The notes under the pieces are model-generated. The model was not told the DNA's origin. It was given only the letters and a program-made list of their open reading frames with translations, and made no database searches. Source: a virus (taxonomy: Duplodnaviria; Caudoviricetes). Taken from it: a stretch of 26,059 nucleotides of DNA. Location of the stretch: positions 1-26,059 of IMG/VR virus record IMGVR_UViG_3300042940_001159; one strand, written 5' to 3'. Shown in pieces: positions 16,417 to 25,270 of the stretch (positions are counted from its first letter, which is position 1; every line of letters begins with the position of its first letter). The position numbers and the translations under genes are program-made.

Positions 16417-18745
16417 AGTCTATAACTTGTTTCTTAGACCCTTCTGCAAGTGTCGTACTAAGTGAGTGCAGCGCTGCACCACCAGTACCAACAATGAAGA
16501 TAGGAAGGTACTTATTCAGGCGTTCGTACAGATGCGCATGTCCGCAAACAAGTGCCGAGGCACCTGCATTGGCGATTGCTTCCGTAAGCGGACGGAATAC
16601 TGAAATGCCGGGATAATACGTAGAAGAAGACGTGTATGGTGGATGATGCCACACGACAATCTTGTTACGTGCAGTAGATGCAGCTAGATCCCTAAGCAAT
16701 GTCTTAGCTTGGGTAGAATCAAGTAGCGTTGCGCCATCGGAGTTGAGTGGATCTGTCTGTGTTCCGGCAGTATTAAGTCCGGAATTGAAAAGAAACACTT
16801 CCGTATGTGCGCCGAACAGTGTTTTGGAATAGCGCTCTGGAGTCTGACGCACGAACTGGAAGAATGGTCGCCCATTGTCGGTGTCGAGGTCATGATTTCC
16901 GGGAGCAGCATAGAATTTACCGGCTAGCTTCTCAATTCCCCAGTAGGTTGAGAAGTTAGCCGTGACTTCTGCATCGCTGCCGCTGTTGTAAGCATGATCG
17001 CCAGCGCCGATGAACGCGGTAACACTGTCTTCGCGACGCATGCGTGAGTAATTGTTCGTGCGTGCTGTGTTAATTAGCCCATCATCAGAGAAGAAGATAA
17101 GCTTGTGGTCAGGAATCACAGACTGTACAGCAGGAACAGCAGTGTTAGACGTACCCCTTGTGATTTCCTCATTGATTTCCAGTGACGACAGCTTAGCGTC
17201 ACCTGTCCAACGAATAACTACTGTATTCTTGTAGGCGCGAATAGGCTGTGGCACCTTGAAGTCACCAATGAATGCGTCAGGTACGATAGTTCCCGGAGTA
17301 ATTGGACGCGCAGAAGGATCTTCTTGTGCAGAAGTTACAGGAATTGTCTCTGTATTAGTATGCACAAGGTCACGATCTGCATACACATCAATAGAAGCAT
17401 AACCCGGTGTAGTGCCCAACAGGAAAGCCGCGCTAAAAGAACGCAAAGATAGAACAGAACCGCCGTCAGCCGGTGATAGATCCTGTAGAGTGATTTGGTT
17501 TTCTCCATATGAGCCTGCAAAAGCTTCGAAAACCTTACCGTCTTCTGTGCGGAAGAACAGTCGGGATTCTGTGGCAGTGATTACTGGTGCAAACTCAACA
17601 ACCTTAGCCACGCCTGGCCAAATGTCAAGTGCCACGAACACACCAAGTGTCTGGTCCCACCAAACAATACCGGGACCGAACCTAGTCTGTACGGCGAAAC
17701 CAGTGTAATTGTCGAACTGGCAAGTAGCGCCAGTAGTTTGAAGCGCAGTGGTGGTAAGATTCTGAATCTGTCTGTTGAGCGGAGAGTTTTTACCTTGAAA
17801 CTTCAACTGCATGACTGCATTGTAGGTGCGAATGCCTCCGGGATATACGACAGCAGTGTCACCGTTGACATCGGTGATGGCCTCTGGACCGAAACAACCA
17901 ACATCGAACAAAGGTTGCCGCCGGAACGTAGGCTCGCCGCCAGTGAGCCTATCGAAGTCAGGAATTACCTGAGTAGAACGCTTAATAGAAGATGCGATAA
18001 ACGCACCATCTGCGCCCGGCACGGCAGAGATAGCAGTAAGAGGCTCATAGCCTACATGGAAGCGCAGAGCAGGTGCGCCAAACTCATTCTCTCCGGGACC
18101 AGCTTTATCGCCTGCATCGTTTACGAGCAGTACGAAATCAAGAGGGCGGCCTGTAACTGAGTGTGCGATCTGAGTAAAACGTCCATCACTGTCTTTAATG
18201 AAGACGTACAATTTTGCTCCGATAAAGCGAGGGCAAATACAGATAGGCACATACTCACGATCCGTGATTGTCCATTCTGCCCAGTTTTTCGTGGTGCGTG
18301 AGGAACCATCAGGAAAGATGACGATAGGCTGTGTCTCTCCGTCCGTACAGAAAAGGCAAGCGCGTGATGCACCAGTAGGACTGGTTTCATCAAGTACAGC
18401 ATAAGCAGTTTTACGGACAAAGTTTACGGACGAACCCGGAAGTAGTTCCAGATACACACGAGGCGCAGTATCACTAAGTTGTGCGCCGGTGATCTGTGTC
18501 CAGAAAGCCTGTGAAGTCTTACGGTAGTATGCAACACCAGCTACGAAACAGACAATGTTATCGTCGAACGAGGCAAGGCATTGCAATAGGCCTTCCGGTA
18601 CGGGAATCTCTACTGGAGACTTTACTGGTTCAACGACGTTATTGCGCACACGTCCGTTGACCAACAACTGATACGTGCTATCAAAGTCAGACTTCTCGGA
18701 AGAAGCCTGTGTCTGAATGCCACCCTTGAAATTGTTTTTTACCAT
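16325..18745 (-). CDS. Tail nozzle (tail tubular protein B-like) fused to a C-terminal calcineurin-like metallophosphoesterase
   Basis: N-terminal NNFKGG start and about 545 aa beta-rich body directly after the adaptor gene. C-terminal motifs FSDDG, GDHAY, PGNHD (16889-16900), WHHPPY, GHAHLYER, VGTGG. Confidence 0.78.
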   Translation of the reverse strand: MVKNNFKGGIQTQASSEKSDFDSTYQLLVNGRVRNNVVEPVKSPVEIPVPEGLLQCLASFDDNIVCFVAGVAYYRKTSQAFWTQITGAQLSDTAPRVYLELLPGSSVNFVRKTAYAVLDETSPTGASRACLFCTDGETQPIVIFPDGSSRTTKNWAEWTITDREYVPICICPRFIGAKLYVFIKDSDGRFTQIAHSVTGRPLDFVLLVNDAGDKAGPGENEFGAPALRFHVGYEPLTAISAVPGADGAFIASSIKRSTQVIPDFDRLTGGEPTFRRQPLFDVGCFGPEAITDVNGDTAVVYPGGIRTYNAVMQLKFQGKNSPLNRQIQNLTTTALQTTGATCQFDNYTGFAVQTRFGPGIVWWDQTLGVFVALDIWPGVAKVVEFAPVITATESRLFFRTEDGKVFEAFAGSYGENQITLQDLSPADGGSVLSLRSFSAAFLLGTTPGYASIDVYADRDLVHTNTETIPVTSAQEDPSARPITPGTIVPDAFIGDFKVPQPIRAYKNTVVIRWTGDAKLSSLEINEEITRGTSNTAVPAVQSVIPDHKLIFFSDDGLINTARTNNYSRMRREDSVTAFIGAGDHAYNSGSDAEVTANFSTYWGIEKLAGKFYAAPGNHDLDTDNGRPFFQFVRQTPERYSKTLFGAHTEVFLFNSGLNTAGTQTDPLNSDGATLLDSTQAKTLLRDLAASTARNKIVVWHHPPYTSSSTYYPGISVFRPLTEAIANAGASALVCGHAHLYERLNKYLPIFIVGTGGAALHSLSTTLAEGSKKQVIDYGYLRVNAGPLRCIWEFVGSSGSVLDKFIT

Positions 18746-19737
18746 AGGAAGTTAGTAGTACCGTCACGCGAAGTGAAGGGATTATAGACGCGGAGGGCAG
18801 CGCTTTCGCCGGGCATCTCTGCTACAGACATGAAAGCCGTTGTCTGGTCAGACATATTCTTCAATACTTCGGCCGCCAAGTCGTTTGCTTTTTGCTCGGC
18901 GAGTATCGCTTGCTGCGCCGATAGCTCATCTTTCGCCATCGAGTAGGCATATGCACGAGCTTTCCATAGAATCGCAGTTTCAAGTAACGGCGTACAGAAT
19001 TCGTCTTCATCGTTATAGACTGGTACGAACGTCCGTTTATAGAGCAGTTCGACTTGGTTGTCTGCGTTGGTGTAGGTTCCTAGATCATAGTCATTGGTCA
19101 TCAGTATGATGTGATGAGCCTGTGACAACTGAGCAGGAATTGTAGAGAGTGCAGTGTTCGAGCCGTCTTTTACCTGTAGGTCACAGGTAAGGATCTCTGA
19201 CTTAGAGATGGAAGAGATACCGATAGGATCGTCTTTGGAGAACTGATTGGTAGTGGTCTTTGTAAGTTCGCCTGCGAGGAACGTAACGGTCTCGGTAATC
19301 GACGCCGCGGAAGGCGTTTGACCAGTAATTGTTACAGTAAAGGGGATAGTCTGTGCGAGCGCAAGAGTGAAAGTGATTTGTGACTCAAGTGCAAGCGGAG
19401 TGTGCAGCGCACGAGTAGCCATAAACCGTACAGTCTTGTACGGTTGGGTCCATCGGGCGCTGTGATAGCGTGGAGCTAGGTTCTCGATGACATGTTTGAG
19501 ACGCGTGTACGGACGACGCATCATGCGCACTTGGCCTACGTACCAAGGAAGAGAGACCTGTTGGACATCTTCCGTGAGTGTGAAGACTTGTTCCCAGATA
19601 GAGCCGGGAAGATCACAAGTCGAGTAGAACTCGTGGTACGCACGGTTGATGTAGCGGAGAAGCTGCGCTCTATTGTCTGCGGAGGTTGCAGGAATAGAGA
19701 TAGCTTCTGACAGTTCTGAAAGAATGTTGCGCAACAT
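18739..19737 (-). CDS. Head-tail adaptor (tail tubular protein A-like), 332 aa
   Basis: Start at ATG 19737 (MLRNIL). N-terminal helices LLRYINRAYHEF, then beta region with SLP, and C-terminal helices AILWKARAY; upstream of the nozzle gene. Confidence 0.65.
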   Translation of the reverse strand: MLRNILSELSEAISIPATSADNRAQLLRYINRAYHEFYSTCDLPGSIWEQVFTLTEDVQQVSLPWYVGQVRMMRRPYTRLKHVIENLAPRYHSARWTQPYKTVRFMATRALHTPLALESQITFTLALAQTIPFTVTITGQTPSAASITETVTFLAGELTKTTTNQFSKDDPIGISSISKSEILTCDLQVKDGSNTALSTIPAQLSQAHHIILMTNDYDLGTYTNADNQVELLYKRTFVPVYNDEDEFCTPLLETAILWKARAYAYSMAKDELSAQQAILAEQKANDLAAEVLKNMSDQTTAFMSVAEMPGESAALRVYNPFTSRDGTTNFLW

Positions 19738-19738
19738 A

Positions 19739-20971
19739 TTAGTAAAGGATAAACGGCATACGGTAAACACCACTAGCGGCAACACTCAAGGTCAGCCTTA
19801 TGCGTAACTGTGTATCAGACAATCTGGCAATTACCTGCGTAGGCGTAATACCGTTTACACCAGCGGGATGTATCACAGCAATATCCACAGGCTCAACTGT
19901 CATCCTTGAAACCGAAAGCAAAGGCTTCGTAAAGGTAATTATAAAGGAACCATTCCATGTAGTTGGGCCTGAATAGCTATAGCCATCATCCGCTATAGAA
20001 GCTATACCTTTAGAGCCGGCTACCAAAGCGACAGCCGTTACATCATCAGTACCACCATTATTAATAGTTAAATCAATAAAACCTGAAGCAGTCCATAGTC
20101 CAGGAATTGATCCAGCAGTAGCAGGCGAAATTGCCTTTGTGGTTTCTGTTCCGGTAGTAACTTCACTCTCGCTGGCAAAAGTGGTACCAGACGAAGAAGA
20201 TGTAGACAGAGTTTCTGGAAGCACAGATCCGTCAGCCTGCACACGAAGCCACTTACCTGCATCAGCAATAGTCTTGGAAATCTTGGTAAGCGGGATGGTG
20301 TAGTTTGCAATACCTGTAAGCACAGATGCCCAAGTAACGGCAGTGCCTGCTGCATTGGTCATGGGCACTTGCAAAGCAGAACCTCTAACCAAATAGTCAA
20401 TAGGAAACGAGTTGGCGCCAAACAAACCTACGATAGTAGCGGAATTAAACAACGTCCAGGCTTTACTTGTGCCATTACGTGTAAGCACAAAGGAACCAGT
20501 AGACGATCCACCAAGCTTAGTTATATCAAGCTCATTAGGTCCAAACAAATCAGCCGCGTCGATATACTCAAAACTATCCTCTGCATCATTAACACGTATG
20601 ATCTGATACTGTTGTCCGCCAGTAGGATTAAGCTTAGCAATCGTAACTGAATCGTCAATCAGCTCAGATGTGCCGACAGAATTAGCACCGGGCTTCGCTA
20701 ATGAAAGAGCCCAGGTAGTACCATTCCACCTGAACACCTCACCGGTAGAAGGTTTAAGCCAAAGGCACCGTTTGTGCCATTCATACCAACCTGTTGGATA
20801 ACCAGAAGGTTGACCAGACGTAGCGGGTGTAGTATCTGAGTAGATGACTAGGCCACGATATGAGGTTGTAGTGGCAAGCTCAATGGCTTGTTCAATAAGT
20901 GCGACCCCAGCACCAAGTGTAGGCGTGAGGTCTGTACCAAGAGTAAAAACTTGTTCTTCGGCGGTAGGCAT
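19739..20971 (-). CDS. Tail fibre-like protein
   Basis: NSVGTSELIDDSVTIAKL and ASESEVTTGTETTKAISP fibre-type motifs; four imperfect repeats of about 40 aa; Ser/Thr/Gly-rich. Confidence 0.68.
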   Translation of the reverse strand: MPTAEEQVFTLGTDLTPTLGAGVALIEQAIELATTTSYRGLVIYSDTTPATSGQPSGYPTGWYEWHKRCLWLKPSTGEVFRWNGTTWALSLAKPGANSVGTSELIDDSVTIAKLNPTGGQQYQIIRVNDAEDSFEYIDAADLFGPNELDITKLGGSSTGSFVLTRNGTSKAWTLFNSATIVGLFGANSFPIDYLVRGSALQVPMTNAAGTAVTWASVLTGIANYTIPLTKISKTIADAGKWLRVQADGSVLPETLSTSSSSGTTFASESEVTTGTETTKAISPATAGSIPGLWTASGFIDLTINNGGTDDVTAVALVAGSKGIASIADDGYSYSGPTTWNGSFIITFTKPLLSVSRMTVEPVDIAVIHPAGVNGITPTQVIARLSDTQLRIRLTLSVAASGVYRMPFILY

Positions 20972-20972
20972 A

Positions 20973-21503
20973 TTAAGCAGCGCAACTGGTTAAGTGAACA
21001 GAAAGTGATCCGGAAGAAGGAACAATACAGACAGTAGGATTAATGTCGGTACCGTCAGCGTCGCAAGGAGTGGAAGGGTTTTCGAGAATGCCAAGAGGAA
21101 TACGCCACTCAGAGGATAGAGTAGCTGAACTAGACGAGGCAGTCCAGATTTCCAAGGCGGCGCCAGCAGGAATAGTTTCTCCAATGTAAGAAGGAACTGC
21201 AAGGCGTTCGCCGACACCTGACCAGAGCTTGTAACGATATGTGACACCAGCAGTAACCCAACGAAGGACAGCTACGAACGAAGTAGATGGACGTGTGACA
21301 GGATAACGGATAGTCCAAGGCGTGGTAATAGGTACAGTATAGACTGCAACTATCTGTGACGCCGTTGCACTAGTGTTGAATGGATACGAAAAAGCAGGAA
21401 TTACTAATTCCTGATTCTTCTTCGTAGCGCCACAGGCTTTCTTGAATGAACGAGAAAGTCCTGCAACTGCTTTCTTAAAGTTTAGTCCGTATCCGTTAGG
21501 CAT
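20973..21503 (-). CDS. Hypothetical virion-module protein (176 aa)
   Basis: Coupled to both neighbours (8-nt overlap; TAA-T-ATG); beta-rich, Ser/Thr-rich. Confidence 0.65.
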   Translation of the reverse strand: MPNGYGLNFKKAVAGLSRSFKKACGATKKNQELVIPAFSYPFNTSATASQIVAVYTVPITTPWTIRYPVTRPSTSFVAVLRWVTAGVTYRYKLWSGVGERLAVPSYIGETIPAGAALEIWTASSSSATLSSEWRIPLGILENPSTPCDADGTDINPTVCIVPSSGSLSVHLTSCAA

Positions 21504-22467
21504 ATTTCCTTACTATATCCCGCAAGCGTTGAGCAAAACGAGCTTCTGTATATTCGTGTGACATTCTAGCTGAAGCTACTGCTTTCTCTGCAAGGAGAAG
21601 TTGATCGGAATATGCTTCTTGCATAGCTTGAATGATACCAGCATCAGAGGCCCTGCCGATATGTCCTGTTGAACGGTAAACTGCGCGAGGAGCTTTTACA
21701 AGTTTGTAAGGTAAATGCCAAGAAGTTTCTGGAGTAGTAAACATTGCTGGGCCGTTCAGAGGGATAAGGATACTCGGGCGCCCCATGGCAGCAAGTTCAC
21801 AGGCAGGAAGATTCCAAGCTTCTGCGCCTGAGAGGAAAATGCCGCAATGATGCTTAGCTAGCATTTCATCGTATTCGGACTTAGTAAGGTCTTCGTATGA
21901 GAGGGTGATTCGTTTATCGTATGTCCAGCGCTTCTTACAAGAAGGTGACATCTTCACGGTAAGGAACACGTCGTCTTGTGTTGGGAACGCTTTAGTGAAC
22001 AGTTCTGGCAGACGATCGGTGTCTTTGCGATTGTTCGTGTTGTCGTCTCGCGCAACGGTAACAAATCCGAAAGGTCGTGTTGGAGGAAGATGAAGGTAAG
22101 TAGTGTCTGCGAATAGTGGGCAGATGTCTATCGGTCCACGGAAGTATTTACGGAAGAGCTTAGCATTATGCGTGGAAGGGACGATAAGCGAAGAGAAGCG
22201 CTTTAAGTTGCGCAGTTCTATTGGTAGGTCGTCTGCGTCCCACATTGTGAAGAGTATACCTTTTCCTGGACTATTCGGTGGACCTACATTAAGGAATGAG
22301 GAGGAAGCTGGGCGAATTGTAAGGTTGAGGGCATTAGCGCAAGAAACCGCAAGCTTGTGAAAACTTGCGGTCTTTGCAATGTAGATGGCGTTGGATACTC
22401 CTAGGAACATAGGCTGCTTGTCTTGTAGGGGCGCGCTGCGCGCGGACCGGGAGAAGGAAAGATCCAT
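21496..22467 (-). CDS. Glycosyltransferase (GT-B, family 4-like)
   Basis: LFTMWD, LIVPSTHNAKLF, NRKDTDRL...F.KAFP, LSGAEAWNLPACELAAMGRPSI (E-x7-E signature of GT4-like enzymes). Confidence 0.85.
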   Translation of the reverse strand: MDLSFSRSARSAPLQDKQPMFLGVSNAIYIAKTASFHKLAVSCANALNLTIRPASSSFLNVGPPNSPGKGILFTMWDADDLPIELRNLKRFSSLIVPSTHNAKLFRKYFRGPIDICPLFADTTYLHLPPTRPFGFVTVARDDNTNNRKDTDRLPELFTKAFPTQDDVFLTVKMSPSCKKRWTYDKRITLSYEDLTKSEYDEMLAKHHCGIFLSGAEAWNLPACELAAMGRPSILIPLNGPAMFTTPETSWHLPYKLVKAPRAVYRSTGHIGRASDAGIIQAMQEAYSDQLLLAEKAVASARMSHEYTEARFAQRLRDIVRKYA

Positions 22468-22518
22468 CCCAAGGGCATTCGAGGGCGTGCGGCGGGTGCC
22501 GCACGCCAGCCGTTGGGA
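22467..22518. promoter_or_regulatory. GC-rich stem-loop abutting the glycosyltransferase start codon
   Basis: Inner perfect 10-bp stem GGCGTGCGGC (22484-22493) / GCCGCACGCC (22498-22507). Outer stem TCCCAAGGGC (22467-22476) / GCCGTTGGGA (22509-22518) with one mismatch. No U-tail. Confidence 0.55.
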
Positions 22519-22530
22519 AGGCGAGCGAGG

Positions 22531-22815
22531 CTATCGAATCTTCCCTAGAATTGAATCAAGGGATTTCAATGCCTCTACGGCGTTGGTTCCGGAGGAGGCT
22601 TGCCCGAGGGATCCAACGGTAGCTGACTGTTGTCCTTCGGTCTGGGAAGCCTTGAAGTTCGCGAGATCCGACTTACTCGTGAAGAGCGTGCGACTCGAGG
22701 CACGCGTGGTAATCTTGGTGTACGATCCGTCTGGGAGTTGTCGCTCATCTGTTTGTGTAGTTTTGAATCCTGCACAACCAGTGCACAGGAGGGTTAGGAA
22801 CAGTATGTATTTCAT
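22531..22815 (-). CDS. Lipoprotein (94 aa)
   Basis: MKYILFLTLLCTGC: basic N-terminus, hydrophobic core, lipobox-like TGC; polar Ser/Thr-rich mature part. Confidence 0.75.
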   Translation of the reverse strand: MKYILFLTLLCTGCAGFKTTQTDERQLPDGSYTKITTRASSRTLFTSKSDLANFKASQTEGQQSATVGSLGQASSGTNAVEALKSLDSILGKIR

Positions 22816-22824
22816 AGTTAAATT

Positions 22825-24663
22825 TTACCACGCCCCGTTGAGTTCCATGGCATCCAGTGAAGCGCCCCATGTGATCGTCTCGCCGGTTAGACCCCGAGCG
22901 TTCAGGACGATGCCTCGGTAGGTCGCGTCTGATCGAATGGCCGGGGCGATTGTCCACGTCGTGGAGTGCCCGTCGTGGACAACGACCGAGGACGGAGATC
23001 CAAGCAGGGAGAGCGTTCCAGCAGCGTCGCGGACAGCGAACGTCAACGTCCATGACCCGTATTTTACTCCGTCGGATTGAACCGCAGTGATGGAGGATGT
23101 GACCGTCCAGACGCTGTTAGTTGGCACGTACAGGAACTCGACAGAGCCATCCAGTCGGAGTTGCACGTCCACGCCCGTAGTCATCGCAGACCTCCGCTTG
23201 AGGATGTACCGGCTGCGCTGGATGTTGACCGTTGACTCGTTGCCGTTGCTCTCGACTCGTTGGCCATAGGCCCGGATCACGGCCTGCCAACCAAACGCGG
23301 TAGCATAGTCCGCGTTTGCCGACGGGCTTGCAAGGTCGGCGGAGGAGAGCTGACGCCCGAGGAGGTAGGTGTAGGTGGTCCCGTTGACCGTGTTGGCGTT
23401 CCCGAGGTTGTAGGCGTAGGACGCCAGCGACACCGTCGAATTGTCGGCAAGATTCGCCACCATCGTCGAGTTGGTGATCGTGTTGATTGTTCCCACCGAC
23501 AGGACTCTTGGAGAGTTAGTTGAAACTGTCTGAGATCCCATCAGGAGATTGTAGGCGCTGGTGCCACCCACTGTGTTGTTCGCTCCCCAGAGACTATTGT
23601 AACCAGACGAATCCCCCGCGAACGTCAAATTGAGCCCAGAGCCGAATTGGTGCGTGCCTCCGTTGATCGTGCTGCCAGTACCATTAAGCAGGGTGTTGTA
23701 GTTCATCCCGGCCGTATTGTTCGGATTCAGGATCCGCTGATTCAGCCCGGTTCCGATGAATCCCCAGCCCGCGTCTTGTATCTGATTCTCTTGCCCGACA
23801 ACGATCGCAGACTCGTCCGCGCCGGAGACGTTGTCCGAGGTGATCCAGTTGCCCCACCCACCGCCAATCAGACCGAAATCCTGTGACTGCTGGTTCTGCG
23901 TGCCTCCGCCAATGAATGAGTAAAGTCCCGCTTTCTGCACATTGTAGCTACCACCAACAATCGTCGCGTGGTTGCCGCCGCTGCGGAGTTCGTTGTGTCC
24001 CCCTCCCGCAATGGTCCCGGCGATCTGGTTGTTCAGGTGGTCGTATCCGCCGAGGATGCTGGACACATATGCAGTCCCGGCCGTGTAGGAGGAATCGGCC
24101 TGCCGGCTGGTGTTGTCCTTCACGCCGGAATTACCGGTGGCGCTAAAGGTCTTGGTGCCGTACACGCCGACGAAGGTGTCCCCAGGATTGTAAGCAACGG
24201 CGTTGTAGGTGACCTGCCCTGTGGATCCGGTGACGTAGTAGGTCCGGCGGGCAACCACGGTGCCTGATGCCACGAAACCGGCGATGGTGTGGGTCGATGT
24301 TCCAACCCGCGAAGGCTGCGCCCCGGAGGCTGATAGCAGGGTGACCTCGCGGGTTCCGGCGTTCGCGTCGACGATGAAGTTCGAGGCCGGGTTCAACACG
24401 ATGTTGTCCCTTGACTGATCGACCGTGATCCGCTCGTCGATCTGCCCAAGAGTGGTCGCGTCCGTTGACTCCGTACCAACAGCTAGGCTCGTGATCTTCT
24501 GCGATCCCATGTTGAGCGCCCCGGACATGGTGCCGCCGGTCAATGGGACCTTGGCGTTGAGCTGAGACTGCACGTTGTTGGTCGTGCCCTTCAGGTGCGA
24601 TGTATTGACTTGTGCAAAAGCCACCGACACCAATGAAAGAAAAACGAATAGATGTTTAATCAT
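22825..24663 (-). CDS. Tail fibre/adhesin-like protein with N-terminal signal peptide (612 aa)
   Basis: ATG 24663 in ATGA overlap; MIKHLFVFLSLVSVAFA|Q. Fibre motif PLTGGTMSGALNMGSQKITSL...DATT, IxGGxxN beta-solenoid repeats, and a C-terminal domain paralogous to that of 25271-26059. Confidence 0.72.
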   Translation of the reverse strand: MIKHLFVFLSLVSVAFAQVNTSHLKGTTNNVQSQLNAKVPLTGGTMSGALNMGSQKITSLAVGTESTDATTLGQIDERITVDQSRDNIVLNPASNFIVDANAGTREVTLLSASGAQPSRVGTSTHTIAGFVASGTVVARRTYYVTGSTGQVTYNAVAYNPGDTFVGVYGTKTFSATGNSGVKDNTSRQADSSYTAGTAYVSSILGGYDHLNNQIAGTIAGGGHNELRSGGNHATIVGGSYNVQKAGLYSFIGGGTQNQQSQDFGLIGGGWGNWITSDNVSGADESAIVVGQENQIQDAGWGFIGTGLNQRILNPNNTAGMNYNTLLNGTGSTINGGTHQFGSGLNLTFAGDSSGYNSLWGANNTVGGTSAYNLLMGSQTVSTNSPRVLSVGTINTITNSTMVANLADNSTVSLASYAYNLGNANTVNGTTYTYLLGRQLSSADLASPSANADYATAFGWQAVIRAYGQRVESNGNESTVNIQRSRYILKRRSAMTTGVDVQLRLDGSVEFLYVPTNSVWTVTSSITAVQSDGVKYGSWTLTFAVRDAAGTLSLLGSPSSVVVHDGHSTTWTIAPAIRSDATYRGIVLNARGLTGETITWGASLDAMELNGAW

Positions 24664-24917
24664 GACCATTCAGTGTTTGAAGTTCCAGCCGAAGTTTTGA
24701 AATACAGTGTTGGAGGCGTAGTGTTAGTACGCATGTAGATTGCAGGTCCAGTTGCAGAAACCGAACCAGTCGGATCACCAGATCCTACGATCAGAGCTTG
24801 CTCGGTGGCCACAGTTACTGACGGTGTGCGTGCTTCCAAATTCGCAATACGTGCTATAATACGCAATAAAGTTGCACGTACAGCGTGCGGTGTTGATGTG
24901 TTTATAGTCATTGGCAT
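24660..24917 (-). CDS. Small tail fibre-related protein (85 aa)
   Basis: Short coiled-coil RIANLEAR, then GSGDPTGSVSA...IYMRT...LYFKTS...NTEW, a motif common in tail fibres and spikes. Confidence 0.62.
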   Translation of the reverse strand: MPMTINTSTPHAVRATLLRIIARIANLEARTPSVTVATEQALIVGSGDPTGSVSATGPAIYMRTNTTPPTLYFKTSAGTSNTEWS

Positions 24918-24972
24918 TAAAGGGGTTTACCGGTGTACAGTACGTTAGGACCTGAAATTCTGGTGCGTGGTC

Positions 24973-25269
24973 TCATAGACCTTGAGCCTCCGCACGCTCG
25001 TATGATAGGGTCTGAATCGCCATAATCACGGCTGCCGCATTAGGCAATGCTAGCAGCTCTTCGTGCGTGATTGTGACGGAGCCAGCTACATGGTATGGGA
25101 CAACACTCCCTGCGCCCGTTACAAAAAGATCTGTAAATTGCACAGATGCTGTCAGTGTTGGGATGGCTGAAGGCGTGGCTTTGGTGTCGAGTTCAACACC
25201 GATAGAAACGCTGGTGATTTGCCGCCGAAGCGGCGTCTCGTGCTGTGATTCTGGTATGTTTGTAGGCAT
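24973..25269 (-). CDS. Hypothetical protein, possible tail fibre assembly chaperone (98 aa)
   Basis: TAA-T-ATG coupled directly behind a fibre gene; size and position are typical. Confidence 0.55.
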   Translation of the reverse strand: MPTNIPESQHETPLRRQITSVSIGVELDTKATPSAIPTLTASVQFTDLFVTGAGSVVPYHVAGSVTITHEELLALPNAAAVIMAIQTLSYERAEAQGL

Positions 25270-25270
25270 A

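Noticed and set aside
22484-22507. Hairpin as an intrinsic terminator
   Set aside because: No U-tract on either strand, and it sits mid-operon against a start codon; kept only as a regulatory candidate.
22385-22921. 178-aa + strand ORF across the lipoprotein and hairpin
   Set aside because: Antisense to well-supported - strand genes, with no motif support.
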